From: Ptychomitrium polyphyllum
Taxonomy: Eukaryota
Direction: 5' to 3'
DNA length: 64,000 nucleotides
Assembly: GCA_973851085.1 (NCBI GenBank)
Contig: OZ316775.1
Coordinates: forward strand, 6,572,001 to 6,636,000
Shown: positions 26,101 to 37,843 of the stretch, piece by piece
How positions within the stretch are numbered: position 1 is the first letter of the stretch
How the letters are laid out: each line of letters begins with the position of its first letter
Program-made: the position numbers and the translations under genes
The notes under the pieces: generated by a model
The model's input: the letters and a program-made list of their open reading frames with translations, nothing else
The model's database searches: none
What the model was told of the DNA's origin: nothing

Positions 26101-27959
26101 GCCGTATTTTTTTAATCTTTTTTCATTTCCATGCTAGGAAGAAAAGAGGTCAATATGACGGATTCTAAAGAAGCCAAATTTTATTCAATTTAAAATGGCC
26201 TTCACGCATTGAGGATTAAAACCAAAACTTTATCCAAGCAAAATGAAGAATTTTATATGATTATACATAATATTCAAAGAGCAAAAGCACTTCAGTTGCT
26301 ATCCTAAACTCTCTTAGGTAATCCATTGGCTAAACTTGTTCCAATTAAAGACACACAAATTTAAGTCAATAATTCAATGTCAATAGTAAAAGAAATAAGA
26401 ATCAGTTTTTTAAAGAAATTTGATGGTATGTTGTTGTGGTAAGGGTGGTAGCTATAGGAAACACAAAATCTTTTTTAGCATCTAATTGATCAAGGTCAAA
26501 ATGCATGAAGAGTTTCTATTTCTAACATCCAATGAAAATTAATACTCTACCTCAAATTTTCTCTTTACGTTGTCTTGAAAATTCTGAATGTTAAATATGT
26601 CATAACTTCTAGAAAGCATTTAAAATTTAAAAAAAACCTTCTTGAAACATTAAGTATGTTATATATAAAATTTGGTTGCCAAATCCTTAGTACCCTCTAA
26701 AATCCATAACTTCAAAGTTTACATTTTTCATTGCTATAGTTTCTATACCCCAATCACTTTACCACTTCATAACTCTTTTCTTATTAAAAATTCAAACTTA
26801 AAACATTGTATACATAATTTGTATCTTATAATAAACACCTTGTCAAAAGATCAATCTTAGAAATTCCTTTAATCATCTACAATGACATAAATTGTGCAAC
26901 TCCAAACTCTACTGTACACTGTCCTCTAAGATCTCAGTTGCATTTTTCTTTGTATCTTTTGCTCAAAAAGTCCAATGCTCACCAAATTTGATACCATCTT
27001 TCCAAAGTAATTCAAATCTTTTTCTCAAAATTTCACTTACAAAAGACGTTTCTACAAGAAATTATGAACATTCAAATAGCTGCCTTCAGAAATTCAAGGC
27101 AGCTAACTTAATTTTACTCAAACTAAAGCCACAACCACATACTAGCTCCAAATGGAGCGTGTGATGGCTTTCTGAAAAGTATACCAAAAAAAAAAGAACA
27201 CACAATAAAAATCATCTCAAACTAAGAAATATACTATGAGATCTCACCCAAAGAAGCGTTACCTTCTTATTCTAATGGAAGAGGCCAAGAGAGAAGAGGA
27301 GGGCAGTGATCAAACCATCAAATCTGCCCCTTATCATTCTACATCAGCTATATTTCTCCACATCAGCTCCTAATCTCCTTCATCAAATTCTTATCTAATC
27401 ATATCTTCAAATAAAAAACAACCTAAATCCTTTTCTTTTGCTTTTTTTATTTTCTTTCTTTTGGTTGAAAATCTAGATTCCAACTACAAAAAAGATAAAA
27501 TCAACTCTCACAAATCTAAAATAGAAACTAAAAAAACTAAAATAAATTAAAGAAAGTAAGAAAAAGATTGAAACTCAACAAGAAACAAGTTAAGAATAAA
27601 ACCATTGTTGAGGTAGGATCAGACACCAAGTCATGAATTTGGTTGACTGAATAAGTTACAGCTGCTAAACCGGTTTGAGTTTGATTCTTATTGGATTCGT
27701 TGAGTAGAACAACAGCACTTGACTTGGTACAGCTAGCAAAAATGGCAGGTAGGAAAAACTACAGACAACCCGCCTAATGAGCTTGAGCTAAGACAAGATG
27801 CGGTTGCACCTCCAAGACAAATAAAAATTGTGGTTTCATTATGATCTTTTTTTGATCTAATTTTTATTTTATTTTAATACTCTTTTTCAAATACATCAAA
27901 TAACAACGACTACTTGAGTTTTAAATTATACAATTAAATACATCATGACAACACTTGAT

Positions 27960-29310
27960 ATCAAGAATAAGGTCATTTGGTAGATGCCACTCAAACTTAG
28001 TCAAGGAATGATGAATCCGGTAGAGTGGAAATGGTGATTGTGCGTACACAAAATCGTTTGGGCTTCAACAAAATTACTTGTTCTTGATTGTGTGTTGCCT
28101 CTCTTTCCTTTGGCGTTAGATATGGCCACCTTAACAAATCATTTGACAATCCTTGTTGCTTTTTATATTAATACGTAATGCAAAAATCAAATTGAAATAA
28201 AGACATGTTCCAATGAGCTTGGCGCCAATTCAAAATACATGCTGACATGAAATATACTGAATTCTTGTGGTTTGTATATATAACAATTGGATGCATGGCA
28301 CCCTCAAATAAGTAACACCATTCTTAGAAGGAATCCACAATTGCAAGGAGTTCTTTGTTGTGGATCTCATAGTTGATTTTTGTAGCTGAAAATTTTCTAA
28401 ATTGAAATGCAAGTGGATGGAATTTCCCTTCTATGCCCGTTTGAAATAAAATTGTTCATAATACAAAGTCGGAAGCATCTATTTTAAGCTAAAATTACTT
28501 TTAAAAGCCCAAATGGACCAAAATAGAAGCTATAATAAAAGCTTGCTTCAAACTTTGGAATGCATCCTCAGTATCAGATCCCCATTCAAGTTTTTCCTTG
28601 CATGTTAATTGCGTGATTGGTACTACAGCTTGAAAATAGTCTTTGAAAAAGATCCTATAGAAGTTTGCAAATTTAATAAAGAATTGGACATCACGTACCA
28701 AATTTTGGCCTTGTCCAATTACTGATTGCTTTTACCTTCTTTGGATCCATCAATACTCCTTTGTTGGAGATAAGATATCTAAATAATTCCACTTGAGGGT
28801 TGTAGAATACACATTTTTCCAACTTGGTATATAAACCTGCATTTTGTACCTTTGTAGGATTATGCAGATATGTTATTCATGTTTTTCTGGATTCTATAAA
28901 TAAATCAAAATATCATCCAAATTACATATAATAAAACCATTGAAGTACTTCCAAAATATGCCATTTATAAGGTGCTGAAAAATGGCGGGTGTGTTGATAA
29001 ATAAAAATGGAGGGTGTGTTGATAAATAAAAATGGCGGGTGTGTTGATAAATAAACAAGGCATAACATTGTATTTAAAATTTCCATACCTTGTTTGAAAT
29101 ATTGATTTCCATTTTCTCTTTCTTTTATATGCACCAAATTGTAAGCTCCTCGCAGGTCTATTTTTATATAGATCTTTGCTTGACCAAATTGATCAAGAAG
29201 CTCAGATATTAGCAACAATGGATATTGGTTCTCTATTGTCATTTTGTTGAAGCCGCAATAATTGACACACATTCATAAAGATCTATCTTTTTTCTTTACA
29301 AAAAAAATTT
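27960..29310 (-). pseudogene. Gypsy pol remnant: reverse transcriptase and RNase H
   Basis: MCVNYCGFNKMTIENQYPLLLISELLDQFGQAKIYIKIDLRGAYNLVHI, FINTPAIFQ, LDDILIY, VQFFIKFANFYRIFFKDY, DASDF, NYEIHNKELLAIVDSF, YTNHKN. Confidence 0.9.
28978..29052. repeat. 25-bp unit triplicated inside the RT remnant
   Basis: aaaaatggcgggtgtgttgataaat x3, with one c>a change in copy 2. Confidence 0.95.
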
Positions 29311-30579
29311 AAATACTACCAATAAGCTAAAGAATCGGCTCAATTGGTCAATTTTCATTAATTGTTAATTATTAGCAATAATTGCTAAGAAAAAGACTTA
29401 TATTAGTATTAATTAAAGTCATTCTAGTCACTAATTAAAATTAAGGATGGTTAAGCTAGTAAGGTCCATGAAAAATATCAAAAATTATGGAAGCTTCTTT
29501 TTATGGCAAATAAGTGAATTAGTGGTCAAATTTAATTAATATTTTAGAATAATTAATCACTAAGGGTTACGATTAGATTAGGAAGTTGAACAAGGAGGTT
29601 CTAGAGGAATTTCCTCCAACTAAAAGAACTGAAGAACACTTGCTATAATTAAGTGCAAACAAAATACAAAAAGAAAAGAGAAAAGACATTGCAAGTAGTT
29701 AAAACAAAGTCAATGATAGGCTATAAAAAATTTAGTAGTAAGTTAGTATTTAGTTGGTAGAAACTTAGATGAGTTAGTTGAAGTCAATTGTAAGTAGATT
29801 GGAACATAAGTTAAGTTGGTATGACCATCCAAATTAGTGCAAGGAGTTAAAAATGGTTGAGGTTGGTTAGGAGCCCACCTTGTCATTGAAATAAGGCGGC
29901 TTAGTCTAAAATTTGTTGTTGGAGTTCAAAAGTTAGGACACAATGCTAAGACATAGAAAGGTGGCCCAGAGAGAGAAAAGGTGGCCAAAGGAAGAAGTAG
30001 GAAAAGAGAGTGAAGGTTAAAGTGGGAAATGCTAAAACTTTGACGGGTGATTGCAAACAAACGACAGTAGTCATGATAGTAGATTTTTATAGGAAAAAGG
30101 TAGAAGAAATAAGAATTCTAACAAGCTAAGAGTTGCCTAATTCCAATAAGGAACAAGGCGGTGGCGGCGTTTTTAGTAGAAAGAGGTTGGCTGTCGTTGC
30201 AGTTCAAAATACTTGACTTTGGAGGAGTAGATCATCGTACATACAACTCCAAACAGAGCGAGAATTGTTGGAGGGAGTAGATCAAGTTTTGAAGACTTTA
30301 TACATATAAAGATCTCAAGATTTGCAGCTATAAAGCGTAGGTGGTGGCCGATTTGGTGCAACAAGGTCAGCAGCCAGCGACTTCATTGTGCATGTTTAGG
30401 GTTGAAACTTGCCCTCAGATTTTGGTTGTTTTCTCTCTTTCCTTTAGAGATCAAGTTTTGAAATTTAAAAAAAGGTAGATCTAGTAGTTACGATTATATA
30501 GACATCAAGATCATAAAATTTAAAGCTGTGAGGCGCACGTGACATCTGATTTGGTGTGAAGGGGTCTTGCTGCCTTGAG

Positions 30580-31925
30580 TGGATAATGTTGTGACGTTGA
30601 GTACTGTTAATGAATTGAACTTATGAATAACATTTCCGGAGGATAATGATTGACCATCTATAATTATTATATGGATGGATTTGGATTTTTTAATAAAAAT
30701 AAGCTTATGGATTTTTAAAAAAAGTTTGTCAATAAAGCAAGCAAAGATTCCTGAATCTATTAAACCAAAGATTTTGAACCTTTAAATACCTAAACAAATA
30801 GGTATATTTAAATAAGAAAATTGGTGGGCTAAGAGGACAAGATCTTTTTTTTCTTGTGAAGGAAATAAATTCGTCAACACAATCTCTACTTTGGCTAGAC
30901 GTTTTTGTTTTTTTGTAAAGCATTCGATGTTGTGATTGTACCCTTCATCCAATATGTACGTAGAGGTTTCTCTAGGCAATTATCAACCTTGTGGCCAAGT
31001 TTTCCATAATATAAACACAACCCTTGCTCATTTTATTGCTTCTTCTTATGATTGATAAGGGACTTGAAGCAAATTGCATCAATTTGCATGGCTTCCACTT
31101 ACAAATACTTATTAGAGGTAGATGAGGCCAAAGCTACAAAAAATTTGATATATAGCTATGGCGTAATCAAAATTTGTTTATTTTGTCAAAGGTTAAATAG
31201 ATGATTATCGCACTTCAAAGCTTAACTGATGGCTTCATCAAGTGTTTGAGGGTCTAGTATGGATAGCAATAAATCCTTAATATTGTTCCATACTTCCCAA
31301 TGAAATGAACTCATCAATGCTTCTTCTCTTTAAATGATGTTGCATGCAAGCTGTCAAAATTCAAATGCATAAGTTAATATAGAACATGGGCCGTGGCGCA
31401 AGGTAAAAATTTTACTAGTTGCAGAATGGATCTTGTCATGGTCACCGAATACTTCTGCAAATACAGCTAGAAATGCACCAAAGTTGCTAAGCATGGAAAA
31501 ATTCTTCTCAAGAAGTGGTACAAACCAAGACAATCCTTGTCCTAAGAACATTGTTTCCACCAAACCAACACATAAAGAACCATAGAATACCGTCAAGGTT
31601 GAAGCAAGGTAATAAGTTGAACTTGGTTTATAAAACCTCAATATAGAAAGCCTAATTCTTGGTTTTTTGGCCATTGATAGAGAATTCCCAACTCAAACTT
31701 GTCTATCTTTTACTAAGTTAGCTCTAGACAATAACAAACTTAAGTTAACTTGGGATAACAACTGCAATGCTTTTGTTTGTTGACCATTATGTATGGTCAA
31801 GTAGAGTTTTTCAATTTGCTTAGATAAAGTCTTGTGTTTGATCTTCAATACTTCAAGGGCATTGATAATGAAATCTAACTTGGCTTCTTATGAATCAATG
31901 ATATTGACTTCTTTATCTCTTGGCA
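30580..31925 (-). pseudogene. Gypsy gag-protease remnant
   Basis: Retrotrans_gag-like GQGLSWFVPLLEK...FAEVFGDHDKIHSATSKIFTLRHGPCSILTYAFEF; AMQID; degenerate CCHC knuckle GLCLYYGKLGHKVDNC (about 30975-31023); aspartic protease LIDSGIFACFIDK...IIDGQSLSSGNV (about 30620-30765). Confidence 0.85.
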
Positions 31926-32117
31926 TATAAATGAAATAAAAACAGATTAAAACTGCTAAATACACATAAAACCAAAAAAATTCAAGCGACTATATCAATT
32001 CAAATAATGATAATCCGCAAAGTCTAGAGTGCTATACTGCTTTCAAGAAGAAGATTGATCTTCTCTTTATTAAGAAAGACCAAACTGTAATATTATTATA
32101 TGACAGTCTTGATAAAT

Positions 32118-32507
32118 TGTTATAGACAAAAGTAACGACAAGACAAGGCTTTAAAATTCTAGGATGTAGAAAAAGATATATTCAAGGTATATTAAAAGTA
32201 AAGAGCTATAATACAGTACAAACACAAGGCCAGAAGGTTTGAGCAAAACTACAAGAGGTGCGCTGTTGAGACTAAAGATCCCTTCAGCCTCAACTCCTAT
32301 ATATATAAAAACTACAAATCTTAAAAGCTTCTTGACAAGCTTCTACTATATTGCTTCGTACTCAAGCAACCTCAAGTTGCTTCCTTGGAAGCTTTTTAAT
32401 CCAAAATAATTTCTTTGGAAGCTTCCTAAGCCCAAGTAACTTCTTTAAAAGCTTCTTAAATCTTCTAAGAACCTTTTTAGATGCTTCTAATATATATGTC
32501 CATGACA
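32118..32507 (-). mobile_element. 5' LTR (390 bp) of the gypsy element
   Basis: Terminal inverted repeats TGTTATAGACA (32118) and TGTCCATGACA (ends 32507); TATA-like run at about 32299-32310; sits directly upstream of gag. Confidence 0.75.
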
Positions 32508-35500
32508 TTAGGTGGAAATCCATTCTTATTGTAAAGGCCAAAATTCAAAAGCGTACCATGGTTTTCATGCTTTGATTTGGCTACATCATTCATTTTGTTG
32601 TGGAAAAATTTAAGTGGGCAAAGGATATATTGTGACCTTGGATCAATTCTTAAAGTGCACATATTTGGCTATTGTTAACATGAAATTAAAGTTGTTTCTC
32701 TTGAAGGAGAGGTAGGTGAATTGCAAGCATGTCTAAGACATTTACCATGTGATTTGCAAGCTAGATGTTAAAGAAGATCTATTTATCTATGCTCCAATCT
32801 TCAATTTCAAAAAAATCTTGTAAAGAAGAGTGCTTAGTCATCTCCTCCAATGACAATGCCGTCTCCTTTTATTCTACACAATCCTAAGAGATAAATGTGA
32901 ATGTTCTCTTAAAGTCCGTTAATTTTTTCATAATATTATTCTATGTTTAAATTGATTTTGACTAAATACTTAACTTTGCAATCCTCATTGTAAGCTTAAA
33001 GCCATGATTCTTACCTCTTATTATATCCCATTCATTTTATGTTTATAAGCTAAGATTCTTTGAGGTTGTTTTTAGCCTACACTTAGAGTTAGTCTCTACA
33101 TCTGCTCCTTCTCTAAATACAAGGAACTTTTAGTTTCTACTTCATGGTCTTTTATGTCCACATCACAATAAAAGGTAAAATAATGGACAATAATATCATA
33201 TGAAGGTACACATTTGTGAATGTAAAAATATGGCCATATATTATTGAAGTTCTTTTAGTATATGATAAATTCTATTGCAACTATCAGATGTCTATTTAAA
33301 CTTCACTCTACATAACTTTTGACCACTAACTTTGAGCTCTTCAAAAGAAATTGAATTTGAAAAAGCCACCAGTGCTTTAAAAATAAGTTGATTGTTAAAT
33401 AAAAAACCTTCAAAAAGACTCTGCAAAAATGGCTCTCTAAAAAGGATTGTATAGCATTGGAGCGTTGAAAATTTGCAACTTGCAAGTATATAGTCTTTGG
33501 TTGTATAGCATCTTCCATGTTTTTCCAAATCAAATTTGTATATGGATCACCAAGGCGCACCACTTTAATATCTTTCTTATTTTCCATATTTCAAACAATA
33601 AGAAGATTTTATCACTGCACATAAAAGAATATCAACTTGAAGCTACAAATTGCAAAACAAAAAAAAAGTTATTTAGACCTTTTAATTATTTGATAGCATT
33701 TACTTCTATGACAACTAATTAACTAAATTAGTCCAAAATTTGTGAGAATTTCAAATTGCGCCTTCTAGAACAAAGTTCTTTTATACATGACCAAGCCCTC
33801 ATAGAGGCTATACTTTATTCAAAACCAAGTATTACAATTATATAAGGTTTTAAAACAAACCTAAACTTAGCCATAGTTGAAACTTGGTTTTTTAGTTGTA
33901 CTAGTTTTTTTTCTTTGAGAGATCAATAAAACATATTTTGTCTAGCAAATGGCAAGCTTAAGTCCATCCAACAATATACTTCTTTTTTCAAGTTGGATTT
34001 AGTACCAAAGTGGAATGTGCAAATCTTAAAATAATAAGGTATTAACATCAATTCAAGGCAACTCATCTACAAGATAATTCTATTTAGCTATGTTATTACC
34101 TAAATTCTAATCCAAGTGGCAAAGAGTATATGATATATAGGAATACAACAAAATTAAAATATGTTAGAATTAATGAAAATGCTTTGAACAATATCAACCA
34201 TACAATCTATCAAGACTACAAGTTTTTACTAAAATGTAACTGCCCTTAAGTACTCTAAAATCCTAATCAAAGAGCAAAATTTGTTTCCCATACTAAAATT
34301 TCTAAAAGCTTCTTCAATTTCACACCAAATCTTTTAATGGTGATAGATCTATGTTTTTCCAAGGTTATATGTCATGAAAGAAAAAAATTTAAGTCTAAAA
34401 ACAACCAAAAGATTTGAATATCCTAAATTTGGATCTTAAATTTAGAATTTTAGCTATTATTGATAATATAATATTATTATTATTTTAATCATTAAGTACA
34501 TGCTCACTACTCACTATTCACAACAAACGCTCACCTTCCGCTCATGCGGTCTTGTTGTTGGTTAAAGATTATAACACATCTTTTCAAAATGTCAAATTTC
34601 AAATAACTTTTTGATAATAGAAAATTAAAGGTCTTTGTTCTATCCAAATGAAATATCAAATCTATTTGTGAGAAACTATAGTGCAATCCATATGTCAAAA
34701 TCTTCATTATTGCTTTTCATTGATGTATAGTGATTATGAATTATATATTGGTAGTTGTCTTTAAGAATATTAAAAAAGCTTCAAAACCATTTACCAAGCT
34801 ACAATAGTAGTGAGGTAAGACATGTTTAATTTTTTTTCTTATAACCTTAAGATAATTGTTCATTATCCAACAAAATGTCAACTTAGCCATTCAAAAAGTG
34901 AAACCTTGTATTTTATAAAATTTACATTTCTCAAGGTGCATATAGTATTGAAATCTCCAATGGAATTGTCCTTAAGATTGCCAAATCGACTAAATAATAA
35001 TTGCTATTTATATTCACATGTTTAAAATTTTAGCAATCAATGAAATTATTGTTGCTTACTTTCTAATAAGAAATATACCAAATAAGGTTTAGTAACAAGA
35101 AAAACCCCTTTTATTCAAACCAATTATAATATATAATATACTTACTAGTATTCCAATAAATAATACAAACATTATGAAATTATGTCATCTCATCATGTCA
35201 CTCCATTTACACATTACCCACATTTCTCACCTCTTGTGATTCTTGTGATTTTGTGACTATTTGGCTACAGTGCAACTTCAATAGGGCGGAGTGGATAAAT
35301 TAGTTCTTCCCTATAATTCTACGAGTCAAAGCATTGACTTCTGACTTCTGCACAGATGCAGTTAATTTGACTCTGTGGCAACGTAGTCGCTAAGTTACTT
35401 CTGGCAATGCAGTCACATAGTAGACAAAACAACAGGGGCTTCATTATTTAGGGTATTGTAAGTAAAGCAGCAGCTGCATTATCGATTGTAGTTAATTCCT

Positions 35501-37843
35501 TCTCTTCTAAAGCGGTGTGGTTTAAATGTGCAGCTTGTAATGAACTATACAGATCATACAGATCAAGCACACCACTAAGCTCATCAGGAATGGTTTGCAT
35601 GGAAAAGCCAAGCTGCACAACATTGTGCTGTCACTGTGGGCTCAAAATTGGTGTGTAATAATTTATGAATCTCCAGATGGATTTAATGTCCAAAATAACG
35701 AATATTTTACTTATATAATAACTCATTTATTATAACAAAATATTACTTATATTCTATTACTCATATGGAAGTTTAAGACGTACATATTGAACCCAGTGAA
35801 GTATTTCTATTTTGTCTAATTCTGTGAAAAGTACATGGTTTCATTGAGTATCTTTATAAGGTTATGACTGTAGATTTGATATCTTGAGGTACTTTAGATA
35901 TGTACATTATATTCTACAAGTCAAAACTTTTAAACTATTAGTTTTTAAGCCTTTAAAATAAATCTTCAATACAAAGTGCCAAATTTTGTAACAAAAATTG
36001 ATTAATCAATTAATACTTCTTCCAACTTTGCCCTCAATTATAGCATCCATTTATAAGAAAATTTTAACTAATTACAAATTACATTAATGATCAAGAAGGT
36101 ATCCTTTAGTGCTCTAAAATAAGTAATTGGATGAAAATGAATGGCTAATTTATAGCACCACAAAAAAAGAATGAATAAGATATTTGAGTGTATTTGAATG
36201 AATATCTTTAGCTTGATGGATAATGTTTTACAATCAAATAAAATTTGCTTTGAATCAATCAAAATAAATTGCTTTATTGCAATTCTAAGGAATCTATAAG
36301 ACTAAAAAGCGTAATTTATATTTTAAAAACTACATAGTTTGAAATGATTTGATGTATTATTTGAGTCCGTAAGAAGTTTTTAAAGTTCATAGTTTCTAAT
36401 TTGGAAAGTAAGTGCTACATAATTATTGAACCTACTATACACTATATTTTCATTCTCCAATGGTATATTTTCTTATTGCAAAGCCCATTAGAGTTATTTA
36501 TTCTAAAATTAAATCTTCTATCATAAAATCAATTTTGCATGTTTTATATTTTAGAGATCTAAACCTAATGTCATGCTATGGCAATTTTAAAGATAACTTC
36601 ACATTTGAAGCAACAAGGGCTTTTTCTTACTAAATAAAATGGAGCCATTGGCTTGCATATTATTTAAAAAAAATCCTCTTTAAAAGCATGATTTAGCAAA
36701 TAAATTTCTCCATAAAATAAAAAGAATTGTTGCTTGTAGTGTGGAGTTGGCTTAAAATTTTTAATGTAGAATAATTTGATACTTTTTTTTAATCTCAACC
36801 TCTTTTAGAAACTACACTTCTTTTATTTTCGGATTTAAATACAAAAGCTAAAATACACAAAAGTAATTTGAATTATATTAAAATTTTAGGATTCTAAATT
36901 ATTTAGCATGATTAGTGTTTTCATTTTTCCATCAATTTCAAGATCTTGATATTCTTTTGCACATTTTTTTCCAAGTTTATTACTTCTATTGTACATATCT
37001 CTTTATATCCAAAAATAATGTTTAAAAAATTTAGCATCTTCTAATTCAACCTTTAATTTGGAAATTTTTTTTTACTAAATTCTAATAAGAAAAATTAAAA
37101 TTATTTTGAAGCTAAATGTTTTTACATTATATATTATATTTCCTAGCAATATTCATTTACATTTAGGAATAATTCCAAGGGCATGCAAGTTTTATAAAAT
37201 TTGAAGAAAATAAACACATAAACATAAGATGATTTAATTCGTTTTGAGATGTTTATTTTAAAATCATTTCCAACTCTGGAATTCATTTATATAGATAAAT
37301 TATCCAATATAGGTTGAAGAACGATATTAAAGGAGAAACAATGAGCACCTGTTCCTTTTAATAAAAGCTTAGATGAACAAATTAGTAATTTGTTATTAAT
37401 AGAATTGGGACCCACGCCTGATTCACGCCAGCTTCAAGGAGAAGTCAGACACTCTCGGATCAATGCAGTCTCTCCATCATTTTTCAGCAGAATAATTTTA
37501 TAAACGCCCGTTTTGGTCCAGAAAGATAAAGAAATAAAAATAACAGTCGTTCTTCGTATCATCAACCAAGTTTGTAAAGACACATTGACATTACAGAGGA
37601 GTATGTACGAGTGTCTGCCCGCCAGCGGCACTGCTGAACCATGACCACCCACAGCAGAGGTTCCCGGTCACCAGATGTGCCAGCGTGGAACAAGGAGGAA
37701 TCGAGGGTCGTGGCAGCCCAGCCCCGTCAGCGGCTCTGAAGAACCGTGAGAGAACGAAGACTAGCACCCTCAGCAGAGGCCCCCACAAGGAATGCCAGCG
37801 GTGAATTGAAGGCCGACTCGATGACCATGTCAGCGCATCTCCA

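Larger units (their letters stand above)
27940..32507 (-). mobile_element. Truncated, degenerate Ty3/gypsy (chromovirus/Tcn1-like) LTR retrotransposon
   Basis: 5' LTR 32507-32118, gag, zinc knuckle, protease, then RT and RNase H, in gypsy order. Many stops and frameshifts; integrase and 3' LTR not seen; 29310-30580 is unrelated intervening sequence. Confidence 0.85.

Noticed and set aside
32508..34300. Older TE coding remnant next to the gypsy LTR
   Set aside because: It looks like decayed coding sequence, but no diagnostic motif could be identified.
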